64,000 nucleotides of DNA. Source: Sphyrna mokarran (lineage: Eukaryota). Positions 12,201 to 27,200 of this stretch are shown here, in pieces; positions within the stretch are counted from its first letter, which is position 1, and each line of letters opens with the position of its first letter. The stretch covers positions 87,296,001-87,360,000 of the forward strand of contig JAGIQG010000006.1 of the NCBI GenBank assembly GCA_024679065.1. The letters are read 5' to 3'. The notes below the pieces were generated by a model. That model was not told the DNA's origin, made no database searches, and saw only the letters and a list, made by a program, of their open reading frames with translations. The position numbers were made by a program, and so were the translations under genes.

Positions 12201-15200
12201 ACTCAAATTGAATGCTGTACGTGGTAACACTTTAAGAAAACAATACCCAGCAGTGGAAAACTCTTCCTGTTTCTGTTTATAGTTTTTGCCTCCATCCAGT
12301 TGGTCTGATACAAATTCTGGCTGCCTTAAGTGATGACAACATGCCAGAAGTGGACTGCTAATGAGTCTGCAAGAAATTAATTGGTTCTTTTTTAACAGAA
12401 GTAAGCCTGTGCAGGGAGCTACTTTTTGAAAGCAAGTAGAAAAGAAGAATTTTTGGCCACAACTCAGCTGCTGCTGTTTTCCCACCCTCCTTTCTGTCTA
12501 ACTAGGGCTATGAATAAAGTATCTTGAATCACTTGAATTCAAATTATGCCAAATGAAAGACAAACATTAGATTGTCACCTTGTTCTGTTTTGCTGCACTC
12601 ATTCCTAATTTTATAAGGTTCTAGTTGAGGAGAAAAAAGGTTTAAACTAGGCCTCTTACTAAAAAGAAACCTGTGCATTAAGACTTGACCTAATTGTTAC
12701 AGTCTGACAAGTACCAAACTTTGGAGCTGAAGTGTTCCAACCACCAATGTGCATTTGCTAACTGGGGGCTGTACAAATGTGAGCTTCAATCCTGAATTGC
12801 TTGGTTTTCAATTTGAATGTTTTATACAGGTTTTCATTGAGAACACTTTTTGTATTTACTTTGACTTCATTGCAGTAAATCAATAGATAACCAAAGTGGT
12901 GCAACGGAGATTGCCAGAGTCATCAATGATGCACGCCTTCCTTTGGGAATTGCAGTTGATTGGATCCACAAGAACATTTATTGGACAGATGCAGGCCTTA
13001 AAATTCTTTCAGTGAGCAACTTTGATGGAACCAAAAGGAAAATCCTCTTTGACACCAATCTAAAGGAACCAGGATCTATAGCAGCTGATCCACTAACAGG
13101 GTATTAAAGAATTTATAACTTGTGTAATTGGTATCAGATGGAAGGTGCTTGGCAATAATTCATACCAAGTTGGTTGCTTGGCATCAGTGGCCAATTTACT
13201 AGTATTGCTAGCCACTTGAGTCTAATTCACAAGTCATTTTGGTTTATTCAATTGTCTATAATTGAGCTTGATCTATGGAATTTTGAATTGATATGTGGCA
13301 GCATGGTCAGATTAGTCATGGTTTAACTTTAATTTGCTATGATTCAATTTGAAGATTTGTCTTTGCTATCCTTCTGGCACATTTGTATATTATCCAAACT
13401 CTGAAAAATAGTGTATTAGAACATTACAGTGCAGTACAGGCCCTTCGGTCCTCTGTTGCACCAACCAATGTAACCAATTTTATGACCCTCTATCCTAAAC
13501 TATTTCAATGCTATCCATATGCCTATCCACTGACTATTTGAACACCCTTAAACTTGAGTCCACAACTGCTGCAGCCAGGGCATTCCACGCCCTTACTACC
13601 CTCTGAGTAAAGAACCCACCTCTAGCATCTGTCCTATAACTCCCACCCCTTAATTTAAAGCTACGTCCCTTTGTTATCCATCTGAGGAAAAAGGCTATCC
13701 ACCCCATCTAACCCTCTAATCATCTTATGACTCAATTAAGTCACCTCTTAGCTGCCTTCTCTCTAATGAAAATAACCTCAAGTCCCTTAGTCTTTCCTCA
13801 TAAGACCTACCCATCATATCAGGCAACATCCTGGTAAACCTCCTCTGCACCCTTTCCAATGCCTCCACATCTTTCTTATGTGGCGACCAAAACTGTACAC
13901 AATACTCCAAGTGTGGCCGCACCAGAGTTTTGTACAGTTGAAACATGACATCTTGGCTCAAATTCAATCCCTCTAGCAATAAATACTAACACTATACACC
14001 TTAACAACCTTATCAACTTGAGTACCAACTTTCAGATCTATGCACCTGTATACTGAGATCTCTCTGCTCATCTACACTAAAAGTCCTACCATTAGCCCTA
14101 TATTCTGCTCTTGCCAAAGTGAATTACCTCACGCTTTTCCACATTAAACTCCATTTGCCACTTCTCAGCCCAGCTCTGCAACTTATCTATGTCCCTCTGC
14201 AATCTGTAACATCCATCCTCACTGTCTACAATTCCTCTGAGTTGGTGTTGTCAGCAAATTTACTAACCCATCCCTCTACACCCTCATCCAGGTCATTTAT
14301 AAAAACAAACTGGTCCCAAAACAGATCCCTGAGGTACACCACTAGTAACTAAACTCCAGGTTGAATATATCCCATCAACCACCACCCTCTATCAGCTAGC
14401 CAATTCCTAATCCAAATTGCTAAATCTCCCTCAATCCCATGCATCTGCATTTTCTGCAGTAGTCTAATTCTTCTATCTACATTGAATATTGAGGTTATGT
14501 TGCAGCTGTCAAACTGAATCCAGTAAAATGTAACTTTGACAATGCCAGTAGAAATTTATCATTTTCACCCAGTGAAGTATTTTGAGTCAAAAGTTCTCTT
14601 CTGACTCTCTTCTTTTTTGATTGTAAGGTTTATATACTGGTCAGACTGGGGTGAACCTGCAAAGATTGAAAAAGCAGGCATGAATGGTGCTGACCGCCAG
14701 CTTTTTGTTAGCAAAGAGATTTATTGGCCAAATGGCATTACTCTTGGTAAGTAAACTGAAAGCTGCTTTGTAGCATTCGTTTATCAGGGACTTGCTTAAC
14801 TCCATACATCCAATCTGTTCACAGATCTTGTGAAAAGCCGCCTCTATTGGGTTGACTCAAAACTGCATATGCTGTCAAGTGTAGACTTAAATGGTCAGGA
14901 TAGAAGGACCATATTGCAGTCTGAAGAATTTCTTGTCCATCCTCTTGCTGTGTCCATCTTTGAGGTAAGAGGCATTGCCAGAACTTTGACTTACTGTAAG
15001 TGGAGCTGGAGTTGAACTAAGTAGCATGAGCTTGTAAGCTCATTTTAACACAGTACTATTTATGAATTGAGTTCAAAGTCTAAAAATAGTGTACTTGCAA
15101 GCAAGGGAGTGATATACCACTCCCTTAGATCAGCTAATAGCTAAATACTGAATAAGACTCAATTATCCTTTCCACCACCAATAGATGTGGGCTTATTGTT

Positions 15201-18200
15201 GAAGGGATAGGATATGCAAGAAGAAAATACTTCCTCCTATTGTAGGAAAGGATCAGTTACTTTTGTGACAAGTGTGCAGAATTAGCATCTGATAAACAAG
15301 CATATTTTTGTTACCCAGGTTGTAGGTGTTAACTAAAATATCCAAATACAAAAATAACTGGTGTTTGCAAGAGATTTGATTGTGGGGCAGAAGTTTAAGG
15401 GGAAAAGTACTTAATGGAATTAGTCAATGTAATTGTAACTTGATTTTGATGTTTGCAGACTTGAGTATTTTTGCTTGGAAGTCATTCTCTTAGATTACTT
15501 TGAAACAAGTCCTTGTGTTTTCTGTATTTTTGCTTGTATACATCAAGTCTTGCATCTAAAAATGTCAGTTGAAATATGCACTTTGTGCAAATCAGTGCAT
15601 ACTTGCACTGGCATCAGAATTTAAGATTTTATGTAATAATAATTTGACTGTTTTAGGATCGCATCTTTTGGATTGATGGGGAGAACGAAATCATTTATAG
15701 TGCTAATAAGTTCACAGGGGCCAATGTGGTGACATTAGTCTCCCATCTTGATGAACCTCATGATATGATTGCTTATCATAAGTTAACACAGCCATCAGGT
15801 AGGACATCTTGATTTTTAAGGGTGAGACTTGTCATTCTCATGAGCTGGACAAGAATCAGCTAGTCAAAATTAACTCATCAGTTTGGAAAATGAAAATCAT
15901 TGACCCTCTTCTGCACTAAAAGGGATTCTTTTGGCCCATCAAGCCTGAACTAAAAGCAATTCCACATAGGCCTTAACCCTGTAATCCCATGAGTTTACGT
16001 TGCCCCTTAGTCGGGGGATAAGCAATTTAGCCTGATTGGCCAACCAATCTAACCTGCCCACTTTGTGTGGGAGGAAACCCATGCTGTTATGGGAAGAATG
16101 TGCAACTGTCTGTACAGTTAGCACAAAGCTGGAATTGAACTCAGGTCCCTACAGCTGAGACAGTAGTACCAACTACTGTGCCAGTGTTGTCCTAAAATAT
16201 CCCCTTTGTTTTAAAAACAATTTTAAGCTATTCCAAGTAGTAAATCTTGTGCTGCAATAATTAGTTTTGTAACTAGTAATCTGACAAGACATTGTACTTC
16301 TATTTGCTGTAATTGTATAGTAAGCCTTTGTCCTTTTCACCCTATGGAAACCAGTTTGTTCTTTGACAAATGACTGACACAACATTTTATACCACTAATA
16401 AAAACTTTAGTTTGTAGTAGATCAAAATTCTGAATTGGCAAGCTGTGGCAAAACTAATCTTTGATTTGATTACGTACCTTTCCCCCAATGATGATTTTCT
16501 TGAATTTTCAACAGGCAAAAATTGGTGCAGTGAGAATTTGAATGGAGGCTGTGAATACATGTGTCTTCCTGCTCCTCGCATAACTGTTAATTCAATAACA
16601 CATACTTGTGTATGCCCAGCTGGCTTGGAACTGAACAAAGATGGAAAGCGGTGTACAAGTAAGAACAATTGGCTCGCTCATGTATTTAACACTAAATTCC
16701 ATGCTTATAACATTCAGTCACAATCTGGGGCAAGGTATTAGAAATTCAACAACACTATTTACATTTCTGCCCAATTAATTTACACAGCTGAAATGTAAAA
16801 TAGTCTGAATCATTAATTGTAATAGACTACAAAAAAAGAGCTTCCACTTATTGAAATGGATCAAATTGCTGCAATTGAAGTCATCAATTTGGTCACTAAA
16901 GTATGATTCACAAATATTTGAGGGGAGTCTCAGTCTCAGTTGACTAGTTGTAATTCACTTGTTAATGACTTGCAACAGATGCATGTGTGGCTAAAATTCT
17001 CACCAATATGGTGAATGACATCAAATGCACTCATTTGCAAAACTTGCCTTGCGGGTAGATATTGTTTTGTGAATTGAATTTAAGTTCATTTTTTTCACGT
17101 ACTACTTGATTGAGCAATATCTTGCTCAAAATCATATTGGGCATCTAAGCTGGAAATCTGAACTGCTTTGACAGCTGGAGTCAAAGCAAAGTTCTGATGG
17201 GCTTCTGTTCTCTGAATTTCTAGGAACCCTTCTGTTTCTTGAGCACAGAGCCTGCCTCCATCTAATATTTCTGAATTGGAGCTATAAACTTCCAAAGACC
17301 TTTTGGAAATATTCCTTGTGCAGTATTTCCTGTCTCTATTTTAAAATTGATAAAACTAAGCATTTTAAACTGGTGGGAATGCAGAATCAAGAGATCATGT
17401 ACCACAAAAGTTTGGACTGTTAATAAATAAACACCAAAAAAAACCATAATGTGAGGTGACTAGAATTGTTCAATTGAATGAAGTTCAGCAGTTTTGGCAT
17501 TAGATTAGCAAATTACCTGCAGTCTTCCAATGTGCTGTTTTAACTTTAGATGCTCTAAATGTCAAACTAGTGGTTTTTCTTGCTAGCTCAAACTTGTAAC
17601 TTCCAGGTTGCTCTTTGTAGATATGGTCCATTTCTGTCTTAGTTGTCTGGCGTTGCTTTAGAGCAATGAAATTAATCCCTGACGTGATAGCCCATCCTTT
17701 GTTGTTTGGCTACATGTGAAGTATATGGGTAACTAGTGCTCGAGGAACCAGAGGTAGAGTGCAGCTATATGAATCTTTAGCACCTTAAACCACTCTTGCT
17801 ATTTCTCTAATAGATGTGCTGGTTAGTAATATGTCAGATCTTATTTTAACTGATCCTCCTTCCAAACAGTTAACACCACAACCTGTGAAGCATCAAACTT
17901 TGTGTGCCACAATGGAGAATGTATACCCAATAAGCTGAAGTGTAATGGTCATGCTGATTGTGAAGATGGATCTGATGAAAATCCAGAACTCTGCAGTAAG
18001 TATTTGCTGTTGTGTACAAGTAAATATTTAGTTTTAAATATGTAAACACACTTGGAAGTAATTTTTGTTTTGTAGTTAAGTACATTTGTCTGCATGATGG
18101 ATAGTAAATTTTCATTTAGCCTCTTCAATGGTTTTGAATATTAAAATAACACCCTCAATCTGAGTGAATACATGTGCTTTAGGGAATGGGTTATTAAGAA

Positions 18201-21200
18201 TGACTGACTCAGAATGGGAGCTGCTGCTTCTGGATGTTATAGGGGCATAAGGCTGATGGGTTTTTCAGCAAATAGTTTATTGATCAGTCAATACAATTGC
18301 CTGTTTTTTTTTTTTAACCCCACGTGCTTCCCCCTCCCTGCCCCCCCCCAGTATTTTCCAGACTTGCTAGTCCCCTTTAGAGACAACTGTATAACTTTAG
18401 TCTAGAATTTTGACCAAAGATCTACTCTACATGAAGAGTAAGAAAGTAACAGGACTATTCTAGATTAAACAATATTGCTGGAAAGGGCCATGTTGCTGAA
18501 ACTTTGTCTTGTACTCATTGAGGCAAATGCTAAATTTCAGGTTGTCTCTATTTTGTAATGCAGTGATAGTTGTCTCATTGAGTTTTGCCAGACAGGGTTT
18601 CTCAATCTGGTAATTCCAAAAGTTGAAGGAGTACATTTCATTAGATGTAAATGAGAGGTATCGGTTTACTGTGAATGTCTAACAATTGGTGGTACAGTAG
18701 CACAGTGGGTGAGCACTGCTGCTTCACAGCTTCAGAGATCTGAGTTTGATTCCTGGCTTGGGTCACTGTGCAAACTCCACAAAACATTCTCGTGTCTGCA
18801 TGGATTTCCCCTCAGTACAAAGATGTGCAGGTTAGGTTGATTGGCCATGCTAAAATTGCACCCCCCCCCACCTTCAAATGTCCTAAGATCTGTAGATCAG
18901 ACAGATTAGCAGGTAAAATATGTAGAGATGTGGAGTAGGGTCTGGATGGGATTGTGGTTGATGTAGATTTGATGGGCTGAAATGGCCTCTTTGGCACTGT
19001 GGGGTTTCTATGATTTCTATCTATTTTCTTGTTTTGTAAGTATAGATGGGTGAGTACAGTCTGTTAAATCAACCAGTCACCCCACAATTTGGTAATGTCA
19101 TGTATGCATTTCTGTATCACTACAATGAGTTACTGTCACAATGACTTGATCAAATAAAACATGTTTTTTTAGCTCATAGGCAGAGTAGCAAAATCCAAAG
19201 TACTAATTGGATATGAATCTGTGTAATTGGGTAGCACTCATCAGTTGAATGAAGTATGCTGAAAGTGACTTTTGTTTTATACTATTCAATCCCTTTAAGT
19301 CTCAAGCGAGACATTTCAGATCCAAGCTGACCAAATAGGCAAGCTTCTTCCTGCCTTGGGCTTGATCTATATGATCTAAGTTATTGGAAGTGCAATGCCT
19401 GGTCCAATGTTTTGATCTTTTTGCATCTTAGCAAAGGCCAAGATGCTGTCTTTTTTTTTGAAAAAGGCTTCAAATGAAGCCTCAAGTGCAGGACGTTAAT
19501 ACTACACTTGATCTTGGCCAAAAAGCTAGAAGTGATATGTGCTCATGTGCATGGCTCTCTTGTTCAAACAAGAGAAATGTTCAGGCCTGCACTTCAATTA
19601 TTGGTGTTTGTGCCAACACTTTACCAGAATTGGACTTGGCACCCATTCAACATTTTTTTACTGTGGCATAAATTCTCAAGTTGAGTGCTTTTGCAATATA
19701 ATTCTCTTCAGCAGTATTCAAATTCTGCACTACCAAACAATTCTTTTAGATTGGAATACTAACCTTTTGAAAGGAATCAATGCCATATTTAAATTCAGGG
19801 CAGGAAGCACTTAGCAATGTGAAACCACATTTGAATGATCAGTGCTTGCTTTTTCTGGCACATTCAGTGTGAAACTATGGGTAATTGCTCACATTAATGA
19901 TTTTCTTCCTTTTGAATAGGATGTTAACAGATTTCCTGTCTGACCTTGCCCAGTGGGTTGATACTGTATCACTCTAGGCAAGCTAGTTATTCCCACCTCC
20001 AAAGTGATATTGATATCTCAATCTGCATTGCAGTAAAATTCTGGTCATTATCATACTGTTTTTGGCAGGTGGTACAATGGTGATTACATTGTGTAAGGAT
20101 CTAAACAAATGTCAATGTGGATTCAATCTTTTCCTTCCCCTTTTGAGGCTTATTGCAATTTTCTTATGAAGGAATGGGGTCCTGTTATCTCTAGGTTAAT
20201 GTCTAGCATTTGTATAAACCAATTAGATGCAATTTGGCTGCTCAAACTTGCTTCATACTTCTCAACACAATCTTGGCCTATCTTATTCTGCTTTGTCCTA
20301 ATGCTGGTAGAAACCCTTGACTTCCTACTTGGATAAAAGTCTTGTCAGGTTCAATATCTTGTTCTTCTAGGCAAGAAGACCTGTGCTTCTGATGAAATAA
20401 GCTGTGGCCCTGGGTTACCATGTATTCCAGTGTTTTGGAAGTGTGATGGAGTAGAGGATTGTATTACTGGCAAAGATGAGGCTGATTGTGGTAAGTAGAT
20501 GCTGGATCAATTTTAAAATTTTCAGTTTGAAAGCTCTTTAATCTGCTATAGAATTGTTCACTCTGCTGTTACCTTCATGCCAACCTCACATTTTGGAACC
20601 TAATTTTACCACTAACCTTCAGCTTGGCCCTTCCTGAGTTCACTAGTTAATCTATCTTTTATTAATATTGATTTTAAATCTGTATTCTTGTTCCTCCTGT
20701 GATTAGCCCTATCTTAGTCTTGCACCTCAATATTCTGGTGCCTTTTCTAATTTCTAGAGTACATAGAACACTACAGCACAAACAGGCCCTTCGGCCCACA
20801 AGTTGTGCTGAACACATCAAAACCTACCCAGCCATAGACCTATCTATAACCCCCAATCCCATTGGATCCCATATACTCATCCAGAAGTCTTTTAAAAGAC
20901 CCCAGCGAGTTCGCCTCGACCACCACCGACGGCAGCCGATTCCATTCACTCACCACCCTCTGAGTGAAAAACTTTCCCCTAGCATCCCCTCTGTACTTGC
21001 TTCCCTGCACCTTAAATCTGTGCCCTCTCGTCGCGACCATTTCAGTCCTGGGAAATAGTCTCTGAGAGTCCACCCTATCTAATCCTCTCAACACCTTGTA
21101 AACCTCTATCAGGTCGCCTCTCAACCTTCGTCTCTCCAGGGAGAACAGTCCCAGCTCCCTCAACCTGTCTTCATAAGGCATGCCTCCCAATCCAGGCAAC

Positions 21201-24200
21201 ATCCTTGTAAATCTCCTCTGCACCCTTTCAATAGCTTCCACGTCCTTCCTATAGTGAGGCGACCAGAACTGCGCACAGTACTCCAAGTGTGGTCTGACAA
21301 GGGTCCTATAAAGCTGCAGCATTACCTCCTGACTCCTGACCTCAATCCCTCGATGAATGAAGGCCAGTACACCGTAAGCTTTCTTAACCACATCCTCCAC
21401 CTGGGAGGCCGATTTGAGAGTCTTATGGACCCGGACCCCAAGATCCTCTGCTCTTCCACACAGCTAAGACTCCTACCTTTGATAGTGTACTCATTCATCC
21501 CGTTGGATCTGCCAAAATGGACCACAACACATTTATCCGCGTTGAAGTCCATCTGCCACTTCTCCGCCCAGTCTTGCATCCTGTCGATGTCCTGCTGCAA
21601 CTTCTGACATCCCTCCAGACCATCCACAACACCACCGACCTTCGTGTCATCGGCGAACTTACTCACCCATCCCTCCACTTCCTCATCCAGGTCATTTGTG
21701 AAAATGACAAACAGCAAGGGTCCTAGAACAGATCCCTGGGGCACTCCACTGGTGACCGACCTCCATGCAGAAAAAGAGCCATCCACAACCACCCTCTGCC
21801 TTCTGCAGGCAAGCCAGTTCTGGATCCACAAGGCCAAAGCCCCTTGGATCCCATGGCCTCTCACCTTCTCAAGAAGTCTTGCATGTGGGACCTTGTCAAA
21901 TGCCTTGCTGAAGTCCATGTACACCACGTCCACTGCTCTTCCTTCGTCAATGTGTTCAGTCACATTTTCGAAGAACTCAATTAAGCTCGTAAGGCACGAC
22001 CTGCCTTTTACAAAACCATGCTGACTATTTCTAATCAACCTAAACTTCTCCAAATGCTCGTAAATTTTGTCCCTCAGAAGCCTCTCCATCAGCTTACCAA
22101 CCACTGAGGTCAGACTCACCGGTCGGTAATTTCCAGGACTATCCCTGTTCCCTTTCTTGAAAATAGGGACCACATCCGCAATCCTCTGGAACCTCTCCCG
22201 TCTCCATCGACGATGCAAAGATCATCGCCGGGGCTCTGCAATGACATCCCTCACCTCCCACAATAACCTGGGGTACATCTCATCTGGTCCCGGAGACTTG
22301 TCTATCTTGATAGCATTTAGAAGTTCTAACATAGGCTTCCTTAATATCTACATACTCAATCTTTTCAGTCTGCCGCAAACTTGTAGTGCATCCTCCCAGA
22401 TCACTTTCCACCGTGAATACTGAGCAAAGTACTCATTAAGCACCTCTGCCATTTCTCCCGGTTCCATACAGACTTCCCCCTTCACCTTTTATAGGTCCTA
22501 TCCCTTCTCTTATCCTTTTACTTTCTACATATTTGTAGAAGGCCTTGGGATTCTCCTTAATCCTACCAGCCAAGGCCTTCTCATGACCCCTTCTGGCTCA
22601 GAAGGGGTAGTGTACAGAATGAATGCAGTATTGTGGCAAAATGAAGATTTGGCTTAATTTTTACAATGAAATATCCTTCAATGAAATTCTTTAAAATTAT
22701 CACCTTTTTTGTCTCTAGCTTTACAAAATATTTACTTTTTTGCAATAAAACTGTTTTTCAGACATTGTTTGCAGTGCAGAAGAGTTTACCTGTGCAAATG
22801 GCAGATGCATTTCCACAGCATTTGTTTGCAATAATGATGATGATTGTGGTGATGGAAGTGATGAGAAAAACTGTGCACCAATTTCGTGTGGCCCACATGC
22901 ATTTCAGTGTAATAATTCTGAATGCATCCCTTTGGGCTGGGTCTGTGACACTAACATTGACTGCACTGACAAATCTGATGAATCTCCAGAACGTTGTGGG
23001 CATGTGCTTCCTTTGACTTGTTTGCCTACTGAAATGCAGTGTGATTCTGGGGAATGCATCCATGCTCGATGGTATTGTGATGGTGATGCTGACTGTAAAG
23101 ATGGAAGTGATGAAGCCAACTGTTGTAAGTGGTCTAATTTTATTAGTACCACATTGGGGTAGCAGATTTGAGTGCTGTGAAATTGGTAACTTTTTAGCAA
23201 GCTAGATCCAAGAATGCCACTGATGTTTTTGCTGATTTTATCAGACCTGATTTTTGCTGTGATTTTTGATCTTCAGGTTCTGTTTTGTTCCACTTGTGGA
23301 ACAAGTTCAGTCTTATTACAATTTTGTCCTATAGCTGCTATAGGTCATGATCAGGTGTTCAGATGTCTGAATCATGCAGTAAAGCATTGATGTTTTGTGG
23401 AAGTGCCAATCCAGCTCCAGTGAGTTGAGTAAAATTTCAATCCATAGCAAATCCTTGTAGATGAGTCCCATCAAAGTGTACTTTGGGTTATACCAGAAGA
23501 TGTGTTTCTCTAAAATACATTGGAGCTATGTGAGCAGAAGTTTGTTTCTCTACACAGCCTTTTGAATAGTCATATGTGTTCAGGTAATAGTTTCTCAAAT
23601 TCATCAGCTAATTTGGGCAGATAGTCATACAAGCATTTGTAACCATGTTAAATATTGATATTTTCCACATGAGAATCCCCTCCTAGAAGTTGTTACTCTT
23701 GAGTAACTCTTTACAGTTTTTTGCCTGTTGCAAAAGCTTCAGGGTATTCCAATAATCAAGAACTCCATCTTGAGTCATAGATACAGTATGGAAACAGCCC
23801 TATTATCCCAACTAGCCCATGCTGACCAGATCTCCTAAACTGGAGTAGTCCCATTTGCCCCATATCCCTCAACCTTTCTTATCCATGTACCTGTCCAACT
23901 GTCTTATGACTTGTAATTGTACCTGTCTCTACCACCAGGTCTGGCAGCTTATTCCATATATGCACCGCACTAAAGTCACTCCTCAGCTCCCTTTTTTTTA
24001 AATTTCCTCCCCCTCACCTTAAACCTATGCCCTCTTGGAGCCTGGGGAAAAGAACATTTCAGGAAATGTTTTGGCACAGTAGAATTTGGATTCACCAAAA
24101 CTAATTGACCTAATGAGCAACTATCTCCAAATCAACACTAAATATCTGGCAGTTATGCATGCACAGTGAAGTTGGGGAGGGAGGGGCTTACAAAATTGTG

Positions 24201-27200
24201 GCTTCCACTTTGCAGAAATGGTTTTGTGAACAGTATAGCATAGGAACAGGTCCTTTTGATCCTCCAACCCTATGCCAATCATGATGCCTGTCTAAACTAA
24301 AACACCCTATTGAGTCTGTATCCTTCCATTAACATTCTGTTCATGTATTCATCTAGTTTCCCTTTTAAATGCTGATATTGTAGCTGCTACCACCATTCCC
24401 CAGGCAGCACATTCCAGACATTCACCTGTGTAGTTTTTAAAAAAAAAAAATTCTCATTTCTAAACTTTTCCCCATGCACCTTTTTTAAACATGTCCCCAG
24501 TACTTGCTGTTTCCTAGGGTAGAAAAATCATCTGACTATCATTCAAACCTTGTAAACCTCTACCAGGTCATCTCTCATAGCTAATACCCTTCAGACCAAA
24601 CATCCTGTTAAACCACCTCTATCCTCTCCAGCATCCCCACACTTCTCATACTGTGGTGATCAGAATTGTGCACACTTTCTAAATAAAGGTTAACTTGAGG
24701 TTCTGTACAGCTGCAGCATGAACTAATTTTTATATTCAATGCTCTGACTGAAGGCAAGCATGCCATTTTTTTTGACTAGCTTATCCACCTGCATTGCCAC
24801 TTTGGATGTTGTACACCCAGATCTCAGCCTGTCAGTATTCCAAAGGATTGTATCATTAATGTATAATTCCTTCATTGTATTTTCAAAAATCCATTATCCA
24901 GATTAAATTGTCATTTCTCCAACTGGTCCATATCTTGCTGAATCCTCTTCACTATTTGTAACTCCACCAATTTTTGTCTGCAAACATACTAATCAGATCA
25001 GCTTCTGTATCAGTCTTGCCGGCTCTCTGATCCTATGTGTCTTCACCTTTTGTACCTTGTCAAAGGCTTTACTGAAGTCAATGACTACATCCACTGCCTT
25101 TCTGTCATCTCATTTATTGTTACTGTCTCAAAACTCAATCAGGTTAGTGAGGCACAACCTCCCCTTCACACAACCATGCTGTCTATCGCCTAAGTCCATT
25201 GTTTCCAAATGTGAATAAATCCTGTCCTTGAGAATTTTTTCCAATTTCCCTACCACTGACTTGAGGCTCACTGACCTATAACTTCCAATGTTGTTCTGTT
25301 GTTTAAGGGCACAGGATAATCTGATTTCCTTTGAGGCATCACCTATAGTCAGTGAGGAAACAGATTTCTGTAAAGGGCCCAGCAATTTCCACCCTTGCCT
25401 CCATCAGTATTCTGGGGTAGATCCCATCAGGCCCTGGGGACTTGTCTATTTAATGCTTTAAGATACCCAAAATATTTTTGATATTGACATGACCTGAAAT
25501 ATCTACATACCCTACCCTAGGCTCCTCATGCATCAAATACCTCTCTTTGAATACTAAGGCAAAGTATTCATTTAGAATTTCATCTATTTCCTTGTTCCAT
25601 GCATAGGTTCCCCCTGCTTTCCTTGAAGTAGACCAATCCTTTGATTACCCTCTGTCCAAGGATGACTCTTGTCCTCTTCCAGAAGTACCTTTTTTAACTT
25701 GTGGAATTATGATCACTGTTCCCAGAAAGTACTCCTATTAAATCTTCAATCACCTGGTTGATTTAGTTTGTGCAAAACCAAATGGCTGGAATAATGAATT
25801 GAATACACCCATTTGCTAGTCAAAATATAGATTGAATATAGCTAGTTGGGTAGGGAGAAAAATTCCTTTTGTCTGCCTCTAAGCCTTTTTATAACATGGC
25901 AGCATGCCTGGTAGAATGTAGAGTACTTGAGGACATGACATACCATACCAATTGGATCTAATCAAAAATTACCCTTTAGTAATGGCTGCTTTGGAACTTG
26001 CTGTCATTTACAGTGTAGACCATGTAACCAGCTTATCTTAAAAATAAAGAACTCTGTTCCTACCAAGTACTTAGATGGGTGCATATCAAGGATTGGTCAC
26101 TGATCCTGAATGATAATTGCTGCTTTTCTGACAAAACCAGAACCCATTTCTATATTGGATGATGCCCTGACACTTGTGATGGAAATTTGGTGTTTACAAA
26201 TCCTAATTTTTTTAAAAATGTGCTTGCATTGCTGATTACTTTGCACAAGTAAGTCTATGCAGTTTCAGTTGTTTAGTATTTGATCTATGTAAAATGTACA
26301 ATGAGCAAAACTTAATCGCCTGTTAGCTATGCTCTAACTTGTGCTTCACTTTTTAACAGCAGTATTTTCTAATAGTTATGTGCATTTTTTTAAATTCAGT
26401 TCAGTTCCATTTTAACTTGTGCAACAAATTTAATGGTGAGGGTGTTGGTAAGCTATTTCAAGAGGATAGCTCAACTTGCTCATTAAGTCAATGTATTAAG
26501 GGAAGAAGGAGCCATGACTTTTCGCTCAGCCTATCCTGAGATTTTCTAGAGGCCTATAACATGCAGGGTACAAATAGTCAACATCTTCTCCTAAAGGTAG
26601 GACAGCCTAAAACTATGGGCATAGGTTTAAGGGTCCAGAGGAACAATTTCCATAGGATGATTGTCTGAAATGAGCTGCCAGAATTGTTTTTAAAAGCATT
26701 TGGACAGTTACATGGGTAAGAGGGATGTGGGTAATTAGCAGTCTAAAAACTAGGTGGCATGGACAAGTTGGACTGTTGATGTTGAGGTCTTTAGTAAATC
26801 AAATGTCATCTGATTTTTCAGCTCTTCCTCCGACATGTCCACCACATTATTTTCCATGTGGCAATGGTAGTTGCATTCCTGCAGACAAGCAATGCAATGG
26901 GTTTAAAGACTGCATTGATGGCAGTGATGAATTGAACTGTAAGAATGGTAAGTGACTGTCCACTAGATAAGAATTAAGTTGCCATTTCCAAGTCACTAAC
27001 CTGACTTTCTATCCCTAGAATGTACAGGGCCAAATAACTTCAAATGTCAAAGTGGAGAATGCATAGCTAAGGTCCAAGTATGCGATCGGCATCAGGATTG
27101 CAAGGACTGGAGTGATGAGCCCCTCCAATATTGTGGTAAGTGTTTTTTAATAGCTTTAATTTGGAAAAACTAAATATATTAACTTACCCTGTTTGCATCC

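Noticed and set aside
17420-17432. AATAAA after module 1 as a poly(A) site for a secreted one-module isoform
   Set aside because: AATAAA is common in this AT-rich intronic DNA; no transcript evidence is available.
18688-18765. tRNA gene
   Set aside because: A and B boxes continue into a SINE body and CR1-like tail; no intact cloverleaf.
8283-22218. RT ORFs as a retron, DGR or domesticated gene
   Set aside because: Typical CR1 ORF2 motifs with frameshifts, stops, 5' truncation and CR1 3' tails inside introns.
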